NCBI GenBank assembly: GCA_021432655.1
Contig: MU271356.1
Location: 1-64,000, forward strand
Length of the DNA: 64,000 bases
Origin: Atractiella rhizophila
Taxonomy: Eukaryota
Direction of reading: 5' to 3'
This document shows, piece by piece, positions 10,555-22,725 of this stretch. The notes below the pieces were generated by a model. That model had not been told where the DNA came from. It worked only from the letters and a program-made list of their open reading frames with translations, and ran no database searches. The translations under genes were made by a program, and so were the position numbers. The number at the start of each line of letters is the position of its first letter. Within the stretch, counting starts at the first letter, position 1.

Positions 10555-13500
10555 ATGGCTGAAGTTGACCAAGTGTGGGAGGGCGAGGAGGTCAAGACAC
10601 CAGGTTAGTCTCGTCCCATAGAGTTCATCGATGTGTCTGACTTCCAATATGTCTTGTAGTTAGTACGTATTCTCCGTATCGTACCTGCACGTCCTGTTGA
10701 CACATTGGACAGCGCCGGGCCAGCCTTCGACGGTTGGTAACACAAAGAAACGGAAAGCTGAGCATGTAGACGGCGGTGGATCAACGAAACGGAAAGCTGA
10801 GCAGAAGGAGAAGGGAGAGAAAGAGAAGCAGGAGAAGCAGAAGAGGAATAGACAGGTGCGTTCTAAATGTTGTTGTCCATTACGTACCGGGATTGAGGTT
10901 GCTGTTTTTTGGACGCTGTAGCAATTGAGGTCAGGGCTTCTTCTTCTCAGTATTACTGATGTTGTGGCTGATGCTAGGGTGCAGTTGTACGGAATGTCAT
11001 AGGTTGGAATTTGCTTAACGATTGATGGAATGCTTGCTCATTGATAATTGATTGTGTGCAGGAGGAAACAAGCTGTAAGTCGCTTCTTTGTTAGCCACGA
11101 AGAGGACCGGGGAGGGATTCTTCAAGGAATCGCCACACCGTTCATCATATCCGACGGCTGTTTTTCGAACCAGCTATTTGAGGAAACAATTAACGATCTG
11201 GTGTTGGTCACAGTGCGACCGCCAAATCCCCTGTTCGCGATGCATCAAGCGAGGTATAGGAGACAGCTGTCGAGTTGCCTCCATAGCAGAATCGGCCGGA
11301 GTGGTATCTCCTGCGAAAGAGGTGGATATCGACTTGAGCCGGAGGCTGAACAACCTGAAAGAGTTCCTGAAGAAGACCATGCCGCAGTCTTGGGACGCGG
11401 AACGCGTCATTGATATGGTGGAGAAAGGGGCACAACGAAGTGATGACGGTGGTGGCGATGGTGCTGGGAGTGGTAGTGATGCAGATGTGGAAGGAGAGGG
11501 GGGGAAAGGGAAGGGCAGCTTCGTCCCTTCAAAGGATGGTGGATATTATTTGGGTGAAGGAACATTAGCTTCTTTCCTACAGGTCAGTATGAGCTTCCTC
11601 CTTTTTGCACATATCATAACCTGCGACGCAGAACTCGGATATCACTGCTCCACTAAAATACCTCTCAAATGCATCCCCCATTCCCAGATGGGATAACGCT
11701 GGATTACTCACTCGAGAATCTCAGTTCCCATCCCATTCGGCAGCCTTCAACATGCTCTGTTCGAAAGAAGTTTGCGACTATCTCATCCAGAAATTTTATG
11801 AGATCGAACTCATCCAATGGTTCTTCACCATCGCTCACAGACCTAGTTTCGAGAATAGCTACAACGCGATGTGGGAGTGGGGAAGGAAGGAGAGACAAGG
11901 TCTGAACAAACCTGATGGTACGCTATCCTTTCCGGGGTTGAAGCTTCATGCCTGACCACCTTGGTATTAGAATCCCCACCGTTTACGCTCTCCTTTGCTG
12001 CCCTCCTCTACATGCTTATGGGCACCGCTCTTCAATTCTTCCCCGCTAATCCCACCCCTCCACCACCACCTATCCTCCCATCGCTCACCGCCGTGGGGAA
12101 GAAACTGTATCAAGCTGCTAGAGACTTCATTGTCAAGAGCGAGATCGAGGAGACCCCTGATGTCGCTAGGATTGAGGCACTTCTCGCGGTCGCCCTGTTC
12201 TTGAAGAATGAAGGGCGGCCGGGAGACAATTACACCCTCACTGGACAAGCCATAAGGCTCGCTCAATCTATGGTGTGCAGTCCAGCGACTAGAAAGAAAG
12301 AGACTGATTGCTACGCAGGGGATGCATCGAGAAGCTAGTAAAAAGTGGGGATTGACTCCTTTTGAGGTGTGTTGTCTTTACTGTTCTCATTTTGTGCCAT
12401 TTTTAACAGTCCTCTGAAGGCTGAAGCGAGACGAAGGTTTGCGATGAGAACCCGTTGATTGATCGAGTCTGAATATCTTTAGGTTATGGTGGACCCTTTA
12501 CAGCTATGATCGCTTCCAAAATCTGGCGTAAACATCCATTTCCTTTCCTAAACTTTATGCTGATGCTTGCTCACATAGGTTTGGACGTCCCTACGTCATT
12601 TCCGACCTACATTGTGATGTGGAGGTGCCGGCCAATACGGACATTTTGGACCTGACTGAAAATGGACCAATCAACATCAAACCCCTTCATGAACCAACCG
12701 ACTACAGTTCGTGTTTCTCGCCCTCAATATCAATATTGATGATCCATAGCGTTCCATCTTCTACACATCCAACTTGCCAAACTCAGCGGTGAGATACTAG
12801 ACAAGTGCTTCGCCCCGAAAGGAGCATCCTACGACCTCATCTCCGAGATGGATGAAAAGCTCGCAGACCTCGAACGGAATCTTCCGGTCGCGTTCAGATC
12901 CCCGTCTCCCGCTTTAATGGTCAAACGTCCATATCTGCAAACCCAGAATCAGCTCTTCCTACTTGGTACTTTTCGCCAAAGTTCCATCCTATACTTAACG
13001 ATGTTGATGTGATGGTTAGAGATTAACTGGACTAGGGCACTCTTACATCGTCCTTACCTCCTAAAGAAGCTTGGTACGACGTCAAACGGAGAAGAAGTGA
13101 ACTTGATGAAATCACGGATGGCGGCCATAAACTGTGAGTCCACTGACCACGCCTTCCATGAAAGCATACTGAACAGGAGCCAGTTTCGAAGAAGTGCATC
13201 TCAATACGAAGAGATATAGACGCTGATATTCCGAAACACTACACTAAGTGGTTTCTGCTTGGTTTCAATGTCTTTGACGCGACTGCAAATCTGTGTAAGT
13301 TCAGTTTTGCGTCGGGTCTTTCGTTTTGTTAATATGCCAGGATAGGCATGGCTATTCATCAGGTACTCTCCTTTTGTATTTCATATGGCATTCAAAATGA
13401 CCAGTTACACAGGACCTGTCTGATATTTTGCGAATAAAGGAACTGGATGCCTGGGTGATGCAAGGACGAGAGGTCTTGCTGTCTATGATCAACACAAACT

Positions 13501-14075
13501 CGTGCGCTCCAGTACGTGTGCCCATTTTGTGTTGACCAGTCGTATTGACCCACATCTAGCAAGGAGTCGAAGCCATCGACAGTATGCGAACGAAATATCT
13601 AGAGCTGCTGAGAGGAAAGCATACATCGCTACTCCAACTCTCCCTTCCGTACCTTAATGTCTCCTCCTCTCCATCCGAACCAGCAGTCACGCCTCAATCC
13701 TCGCACCCAAGTGCAAGCACTTTATCTCATCCGACGCCAGAACAAAGTCTCTCCGTCCCAGAAACTTTTCCCAGCGATGCTCCCACGCCTACCACCCAGC
13801 TCATCCAAAACATCGTCGCGTCTTCCCAACCGTCGCGATCTCAGGCTCCGCAAGGAGACACTCCCGCTTCTCCTATACACAATCTCTTCTCAGTTGGCGC
13901 AGAATCATCATCGATCGACTGGCCGTTCAACCCTGAGATGTTCACGCATCTTGGAAATCTTGATTTTGGTAATTTTGCCAGCTTCGCCCAAGGTAATTCT
14001 GCCCCATCAATGCCGGGGTCGACGTCGAAACTTGTCGCAAATGAGGAATCGTTATTCGATGTAGATATAGTCTGA
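10555..14075 (+). CDS. Zn(II)2Cys6 + fungal-specific TF domain transcription factor, copy 1 (C-terminus replaced at the duplication junction)
   Basis: Spliced CTECHRRKQACDRQIPCSRCIKRGIGDSC. Fungal_trans motifs AIRLAQSMGMHRE..EARRRLWWTLYSYDR..FGRP and LLHRPYL. Many short GT-AG introns. Ends ...PGSTSKLVANEESLFDVDIV*. Confidence 0.85.
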
Positions 14076-14522
14076 ATTGAATAGACGAAATCTCAGGGTG
14101 TTTTTGGATATCAAAGCCAACGAAGAAACGCAAAATTAATGCAAAGCTCCTTCCATTTCAGCTGGGGAAAGCTGTTTAGTCCGCATATCACCAAATGGCT
14201 TGGTAGTCGACGACAGCTGACCCCACCAACAGGTCTCATGCTCTGGGCAACATAAATTCATATAGCACGGCAGATTGTCGAATCGTCAGCGGCCTGAGCA
14301 GAACCAGAGTCCTTCAAACCATGACTCTTGTCGGCGTTAACTCATTCAATTGATTAGTCGGTTTTACTTCGGGCTTAAATACGATACCCTCTTGATTTCC
14401 AAAGCCATCGACATCCCACGCAAGCTGCAGCATTCTGCAGTACAAAGCGATATTGCCTGCTGTCCTCCAACCCCGTGTAACAACCTCGCGGACATTTCGA
14501 TTGACTGGTATTGAGGAGCGCA

Positions 14523-17500
14523 ATGGCTGAAGTCGAACCAGTATGGGAGGGCGAGGAGGTCAAGACACCAGGTTAGTCTCGTCCCATAGAGTTTATCGAC
14601 GTGTCTGACTTCCAATATGCCTTGCAGTTAGTACGTGTTCTCCGTATCGTACCTGCACGTCCTGTTGACGCATTGGAAAGGGCCGAGCCAGCCTTCGACG
14701 GTTGGTAACACGAAGAAACGGAAAGCTGAGCATGTAGACGGTGGTGGATCAACGAAACGGAAAGCTGAGCAGAAGGAGAAGGGAGAGAAAGAGAAGCAGG
14801 AGAAGCAGAAGAGGAACAGACAGGTGCGTTCTAAATGTTGTTGTCCATTACGTACCGGGATTGAGGTTGCTGCTTTTTGGACGCTGTAGCAATTGAGGTC
14901 AGGGCCTTTCCTTCTCAGTATTGCTGATGTTGTGGCTCATGCTAGGGTGCAGTTGTACGGAATGTCATAGGTTGGATTTTGCTTAACGATTGATGGAATG
15001 TTTGCTCATGGATAATTGATTGTGTGCAGGAGGAAACAAGCTGTAAGTCGCTTCTTTGTTAGCAACTAAGAGGGCCGGGGTGGGATTCTTCAAGGAATCA
15101 TCACACCATTAATCATATCCGACGGCTGTTTTTCGAACCAGCTATTTGAGGAAACAACTAACGATCTGGTGTTGGCCACAGTGCGACCGCCAAATCCCCT
15201 GTTCGCGATGCATCAAGCGAGGTATAGGAGACAGTTGCCGAGTTGCCTCGATAGCAGAATCGGCCGGAGTGGTATCTCCCGCGAAAGAGGTGGATATCGA
15301 CTTGAGCCGGAGGCTGAACAACCTGAAGGAGTTCCTGAAGAAGACAATGCCGCAGTCTTGGGACGCGGAACGTGTCATTGATATGGTGGAGAAAGGGGCA
15401 CAGCGGAATGATGACGGTGGTGGTGATGGTGCTGGGAGTGGCAGTGATGCAGATGTGGAAGGAGAGGGGGGGAAAGGGAAAGGCAGCTTCGTCCCTTCGA
15501 AGGATGGTGGATATTATTTGGGTGAAGGAACATTAGCTTCTTTCCTACAGGTCAGTATGAGCTTCCTCCTTTTTGCACATATCATAACGTGCGACGCAGA
15601 ACTCGGATATCACTGCTCCACTAAAATACCTCTCAAATGCATCCCCCATTCCGAGATGGGATAACGCTGGATTACTCACTCGAGAATCTCAATTCCCATC
15701 CCATTCGGCAGCCTTCAACATGCTCTGTTCGAAAGAAGTGTGCGACTATCTCATCCAGAAATATTATGAGATCGAACTCATCCAATGGTTCTTCACCATC
15801 GCTCACAGACCTAGTTTCGAGAATAGCTACAACGCGATGTGGGAGTGGGGAAGGAAGGAGAGACAAGGTCTGAACAAACCTGATGGTACGCTATCCTTTC
15901 CGGGGTTGAAGCTTCATGCCTGACCACCTTGGTATTAGAATCCCCACCGTTTACGCTCTCCTTTGCTGCCCTCCTCTACATGCTTATGGGCACCGCTCTT
16001 CAATTCTTCCCCGCTAATCCCACCCCTCCACCACCACCTATCCTCCCATCGCTCACCGCCGTGGGGAAGAAACTGTATCAAGCTGCTAGAGACTTCATTG
16101 TCAAGAGCGAGATCGAGGAGACCCCTGATGTCGCTAGGATTGAGGCACTTCTCGCGGTCGCCCTGTTCTTGAAGAATGAAGGGCGGCCGGGAGACAATTA
16201 CACCCTCACTGGACAAGCCATAAGGCTCGCTCAATCTATGGTGTGCAGTCCAGCGACTAGAAAGAAAGAGACTGATTGCTACGCAGGGGATGCATCGAGA
16301 AGCTAGTAAAAAGTGGGGATTGACTCCTTTTGAGGTGTGTTGTCTTTACTGTTCTCATTTTGTGCCATTTTTAACAGTCCTCTGAAGGCTGAAGCGAGAC
16401 GAAGGTTTGCGATGAGAACCCGTTGATTGATCGAGTCTGAATATCCTTAGGTTATGGTGGACCCTTTACAGCTATGATCGCTTCCAAAATCTGGCGTAAA
16501 CATCCATTTCCTTTCCTAAACTTTGTGCTGATGCTTGCTCACATAGGTTTGGACGTCCCTACGTCATTTCCGACCTACATTGTGATGTGGAGGTGCCGGC
16601 CAATACGGACATTTTGGACCTGACTGAAAATGGACCAATCAACATCAAACCCCTTCATGAACCAACCGACTACAGTTCGTGTTTCTCGCCCTCAATATCA
16701 ATATTGATGATCCATAGCGTTCCATCTTCTACACATCCAACTTGCCAAACTCAGCGGTGAGATACTAGACAAGTGCTTCGCCCCGAAAGGAGCATCCTAC
16801 GACCTCATCTCCGAGATGGATGAAAAGCTCGCAGACCTCGAACGGAATCTTCCGGTCGCGTTCAGATCCCCGTCTCCCGCTTTAATGGTCAAACGTCCAT
16901 ATCTGCAAACCCAGAATCAGCTCTTCCTACTTGGTACTTTTCGCCATAGTTCCATCCTATACTTATCGATGTTGATGTGATGGTTAGAGATCAACTGGAC
17001 TAGGGCACTCTTACATCGTCCTTACCTCCTAAAGAAGCTTGGTACTGCGTCAAACGGAGAAGAAGTGAACTTGATGAAATCACGGATGGCGGCCATAAAC
17101 TGTGAGTGCACTGACCACGCGTTCCATGAAAGCGTACTGAACAGGAGCCAGTTTCGAAGAAGTGCATCTCAATACGAAGAGATATAGACGCTGATATTCC
17201 GAAACACTACACTAAGTGGTTTCTGCTTGGTTTCAATGTCTTTGACGCGACTGCAAATCTGTGTAAGTTCAGTTTTGCGTCGGGTCTTTCGTTTTGTTAA
17301 TATGCCAGGATAGGCATGGCTATTCATCAGGTACTCTCCTTTTGTATTTCATATGGCATTCAAAATGACCAGTTACACAGGACCTGTCTGATATTTTGCG
17401 AATAAAGGAACTGGATGCCTGGGTGATGCAAGGACGAGAGGTCTTGCTGTCTATGATCAACACAAACTCGTGCGCTCCAGTACGTGTGCCCATTTTGTGT

Positions 17501-18139
17501 TGACCAGTCGTATTGACCCACATCTAGCAAGGAGTCGAAGCCATCGACAGTATGCGAACGAAATATCTAGAGCTGCTGAGAGGAAAGCATACATCGCTAC
17601 TCCAACTCTCCCTTCCGTACCTTAATGTCTCCTCCTCTCCATCCGAACCAGCAGTCACGCCTCAATCCTCGCACCCAAGTGCAAGCACTTTATCTCATCC
17701 GACGCCAGAACAAAGTCTCTCCGTCCCAGAAACTTTTCCCAGCGATGCTCCCACGCCTACCACCCAGCTCATCCAAAACATCGTAGCTTCTTCCCAACCG
17801 TCGCGATCTCAGGCTCCGCAAGGAGACACTCCCGCTTCTCCTATACACAATCTCTTCTCGGTTGGCGCAGAATCATCATCGATCGACTGGCCTTTCAACC
17901 CTGAGATGTTCACGCATCTTGGAAATCTTGATTTTGGTAATTTTGCCAGCTTCGCCCAAGGTAATTCTGCCCCATCAATGCCGGGGTCGACGTCGAATGA
18001 AGGTACTGGCGTTGAGGCGAATCAGACGTGGTTAGGGTCCTCGGATACGGAAGCAAGAGCCGCGGTGCCAGGAGAAGGAGGAGAGCCAGTTAATGTTTCG
18101 AGTATGGACTGGGAGAGAATCATGGGTGGACTTGCATAG
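14523..18139 (+). CDS. Zn(II)2Cys6 transcription factor, copy 2 (apparently complete)
   Basis: Same exon structure as copy 1 at offset +3968. Has its own promoter block (14031-14522) and the native C-terminus ...SMDWERIMGGLA*. Confidence 0.88.
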
Positions 18140-18511
18140 GAGAAATCGGAACTAGACGGAGTGAGATTGATTTGTTCTTGTTTCTTCGTATCTTATGAAT
18201 GTAGAACATGTATTAGAAGAGCTAATTTCATATTGCATATGAAGAATTACTGCATACAAGACTCTAAGAAAGGAATAAGTGAAAAGTAAACGTAGGAATA
18301 GGAAATCGACGATGATATGACGGTCAGTTTACTTTTGTACATTTACTGAAAGCTGAAAAGGAACTAATTTCTGAAGCGATAATTCCTCCCATCAGGAGCG
18401 CAAGGGACGATCGCAGTGGATCTCTTGTTGATCCACCACGTTCCCTCCGCCTGTTTTAAGCAGACATTGCTGCACCCTCTTTCCGCTAGCTGACACACGA
18501 GGGAGGATGCA

Positions 18512-18894
18512 TCAGCTAGTCCGAGCCTTCTTCGCCGCCTCGTTGCTGCTCCCATTCTCCAGTGCATGCCTGTACAATGGAACGTCAACATAACATCACT
18601 CCTTATTGTGTAGGCAGATGGTGTAGTGAAAGGACAAACTTTAGCCCATTAACCAGCGGTCCCTTTGCCCTTTCTGCCGACGATGATTCAGCAGCGGTGG
18701 AAAAGTAATCTTTCGCTCCGATAGGGTCTTGCTTGATGCCATCTGCCCCTGGGGTCCAGCCGGCTGGGCAGCCTTCACCGTGCTCGTCTATGGTAGGCAG
18801 GGCAGGGCTGAGCGCGGCTGGGAAAAAGAGAAAGAAAATGAGGCAGACCTGTGTATTGGAAGGCTTGGACAAGTCGAATCGTTTCTGGCACTGA
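18512..18894 (-). pseudogene. 3' fragment of the peroxiredoxin gene carried in the tandem duplication
   Basis: Matches 22726-23108 at offset 4214. It lacks the N-terminal half, including the peroxidatic Cys. Confidence 0.9.
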
Positions 18895-18895
18895 A

Positions 18896-21800
18896 GCCGA
18901 GCCAGCCTTCGACGGTTGGTAACACGAAGAAACGGAAAGCTGAGCATGTAGACGGTGGTGGATCAACGAAACGGAAAGCTGAGCAGAAGGAGAAGGGAGA
19001 GAAAGAGAAGCAGGAGAAGCAGAAGAGGAACAGACAGGTGCGTTCTAAATGTTGTTGTCCATTACGTACCGGGATTGAGGTTGCTGCTTTTTGGACGCTG
19101 TAGCAATTGAGGTCAGGGCCTTTCCTTCTCAGTATTGCTGATGTTGTGGCTCATGCTAGGGTGCAGTTGTACGGAATGTCATAGGTTGGATTTTGCTTAA
19201 CGATTGATGGAATGTTTGCTCATGGATAATTGATTGTGTGCAGGAGGAAACAAGCTGTAAGTCGCTTCTTTGTTAGCAACTAAGAGGGCCGGGGTGGGAT
19301 TCTTCAAGGAATCGCCACACCGTTCATCATATCCGACGGCTGTTTTTCGAACCAGCTATTTGAGGAAACAACTAACGATCTGGTGTTGGTCGCAGTGCGA
19401 CCGCCAAATCCCCTGTTCGCGATGCATCAAGCGAGGTATAGGAGACAGTTGTCGAGTTGCCTCCATAGCGGAATCGGCCGGAGTGGTATCTCCCGCGAAA
19501 GAGGTGGATATCGACTTGAGCCGGAGGCTGAACAACCTGAAGGAGTTCCTGAAGAAGACCATGCCGCAGTCTTGGGACGCGGAACGCGTCATTGATATGG
19601 TGGAGAAAGGGGCGCAACGAAGTGATGACGGTGGTGGCGATGGTGCTGGGAGTGGTAGTGATGCAGATGTGGAAGGAGAGGGGGGGAAAGGGAAGGGCAG
19701 CTTCGTCCCTTCAAAGGATGGTGGATATTATTTGGGTGAAGGAACATTAGCTTCTTTCCTACAGGTCAGTATGAGCTTCCTCCTTTTTGCACATATCATA
19801 ACCTGCGACGCAGAACTCGGATATCACTGCTCCACTAAAATACCTCTCAAATGCATCCCCCATTCCCAGATGGGATAACGCTGGATTACTCACTCGAGAA
19901 TCTCAGTTCCCATCCCATTCGGCAGCCTTCAACATGCTCTGTTCGAAAGAAGTTTGCGACTATCTCATCCAGAAATTTTATGAGATCGAACTCATCCAAT
20001 GGTTCTTCACCATCGCTCACAGACCTAGTTTCGAGAATAGCTACAACGCGATGTGGGAGTGGGGAAGGAAGGAGAGACAAGGTCTGAACAAACCTGATGG
20101 TACGCTATCCTTTCCGGGGTTGAAGCTTCATGCCTGACCACCTTGGTATTAGAATCCCCACCGTTTACGCTCTCCTTTGCTGCCCTCCTCTACATGCTTA
20201 TGGGCACCGCCCTTCAATTCTTCCCCGCTAATCCCACCCCTCCACCACCACCTATCCTCCCATCGCTCACCGCCGTGGGGAAGAAACTGTATCAAGCTGC
20301 GAGAGACTTCATTGTCAAGAGCGAGATCGAGGAGACCCCTGATGTCGCTAGGATTGAGGCACTTCTCGCGGTCGCCCTGTTCTTGAAGAACGAAGGACGA
20401 CCTGGAGACAATTACACCCTCACTGGACAAGCCATTAGGCTCGCTCAATCTATGGTGTGCAGACCAGCGACCAGAAAGAAAGAGACTGATGGCTACGCAG
20501 GGGATGCATCGAGAAGCTAGTAAAAAGTGGGGATTAACTCCTTTTGAGGTGTGTTGTCTTTACTGTTCTCATTTTGTGCCATTTTTAACAGTCCTCTGAA
20601 GGCTGAAGCGAGACGAAGGTTTGCGATGAGAACCCGTTGATTGATCGAGTCTGAATATCTTTAGGTTATGGTGGACCCTTTACAGCTATGATCGCTTCCA
20701 AAATCTGGCGTAAACATCCATTTCCTTTCCTAAACTTTATGCTGATGCTTGCTCACATAGGTTTGGACGTCCCTACGTCATTTCCGACCTACATTGTGAT
20801 GTGGAGGTGCCGGCCAATACGGACATTTTGGACCTGACTGAAAATGGACCAATCAACATCAAACCCCTTCATGAACCAACCGACTACAGTTCGTGTTTCT
20901 CGCCCTCAATATCAATATTGATGATCCATAGCGTTCCATCTTCTACACATCCAACTTGCCAAACTCAGCGGTGAGATACTAGACAAGTGCTTCGCCCCGA
21001 AAGGAGCATCCTACGACCTCATCTCCGAGATGGATGAAAAGCTCGCAGACCTCGAACGGAATCTTCCGGTCGCGTTCAGATCCCCGTCTCCCGCTTTAAT
21101 GGTCAAACGTCCATATCTGCAAACCCAGAATCAGCTCTTCCTACTTGGTACTTTTCGCCATAGTTCCATCCTATACTTAACGATGTTGATGTGATGGTTA
21201 GAGATCAACTGGACTAGGGCACTCTTACATCGTCCTTACCTCCTAAAGAAGCTTGGTACGACGTCAAACGGAGAAGAAGTGAACTTGATGAAATCACGGA
21301 TGGCGGCCATAAACTGTGAGTCCACTGACCACGCCTTCCATGAAAGCATACTGAACGGGAGCCAGTTTCGAAGAAGTGCATCTCAATACGGAGAGATATA
21401 GACGCTGATATTCCGAAACACTACACTAAGTGGTTTCTGCTTGGTTTCAATGTCTTTGACGCGACTGCAAATCTGTGTAAGTTCAGTTTTGCGTCGGGTC
21501 TTTCGTTTTGTTAATATGCCAGGATAGGCATGGCTATTCATCAGGTACTCTCCTTTTGTATTTCATATGGCATTCAAAATGACCAGTTATACAGGATCTG
21601 TCTGATATTTTGCGAATAAAGGAACTGGATGCCTGGGTGATGCAAGGACGAGAGGTCTTGCTGTCTATGATCAACACAAACTCTTGTGCTCCAGTACGTG
21701 TGCCCCTTTTGTTTTGACCAGTCGTATTGACCCACATCTAGCAAGGAGTCGAAGCCATCGACAGTATGCGAACGAAATATCTAGAGCTGCTGAGAGGAAA

Positions 21801-22353
21801 GCATACATCGCTACTCCAACTCTCCCTTCCGTACCTTAATGTCTCCTCCTCTCCATCCGAACCAGCAGTCACGCCTCAGTCCTCACACCCAAGTGCAAGC
21901 ACTTTATCTCATCCGACGCCTGAACAAAGTCTCTCCGTCCCAGAAACTTTTCCCAGCGATGCTCCCACGCCTACCACCCAGCTCATCCAAAACATCGTCG
22001 CGTCTTCCCAACCGTCGCGATCTCAGGCTCCGCAAGGAGACACTCCCGCTTCTCCTATACACAATCTCTTCTCAGTTGGCGCAGAATCATCATCGATCGA
22101 CTGGCCGTTCAACCCTGAGATGTTCACGCATCTTGGAAATCTTGATTTTGGTAATTTTGCCAGCTTCGCCCAAGGTAATTCTGCCCCATCAATGCCGGGG
22201 TCGACGTCGAACGAAGGTACTGGCGTTGAAGCGAATCAGACGTGGTTATGGTCCTCGGATACGGAAGCAAGAGCCGCGGTGCCAGGAGAAGGAGGAGAGC
22301 CAGTTAATGTTTCGAGTATGAACTGGGAGAGAATCATGGGTGGACTTGCATAG
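18896..22353 (+). pseudogene. Zn(II)2Cys6 TF copy 3, lacking promoter, ATG exon and 3-nt exon
   Basis: Matches copy 2 at offset +4214 from the second base of its third exon. Upstream lies the antisense peroxiredoxin fragment, with no in-frame ATG before the zinc cluster. Confidence 0.75.
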
Positions 22354-22725
22354 GAGATATCGGAACTAGACGGAGTGAGATTGATTTGTTCTTGTTTCTT
22401 CGTATCTTATGAATGTAGAACATGTATTAGAAGACCTAATTTCATATTGCATATGAAGAATTACTGCATACAAGACTCTAAGAAAGGAATAAGTGAAAAG
22501 TAAACGTAGGAATAGGAAATCGACGATGATATGACGGTCAGTTTACTTTTGTACATTTACTGAAAGCTGAAAAGGAACTAATTTCTGAAGCGATAATTCC
22601 TCCCATCAGGAGCGCAAGGGACGATCGCAGTGGATCTCTTGTTGATCCACCACGTTCCCTCCGCCTGTTTTAAGCAGACATTGCTGCACCCTCTTTCCGC
22701 TAGCTGACGCACGAGGGAGGATGCA

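Noticed and set aside
10649..10658. Alternative first exon ATG TCT TGT A using the GTTAGT donor at 10659
   Set aside because: It is in frame, but the upstream 49-nt exon shows synonymous variation and a complete intron. Not fully excluded.
9365..14690. The repeated ~600-bp blocks as LTRs of a retrotransposon
   Set aside because: No TG..CA ends, PBS or pol remnants. The blocks contain the TF start codon and first introns.
10555..22353. RIP-like mutagenesis of the duplicates
   Set aside because: Differences are sparse, mixed in direction, often synonymous, and I saw no new stops.
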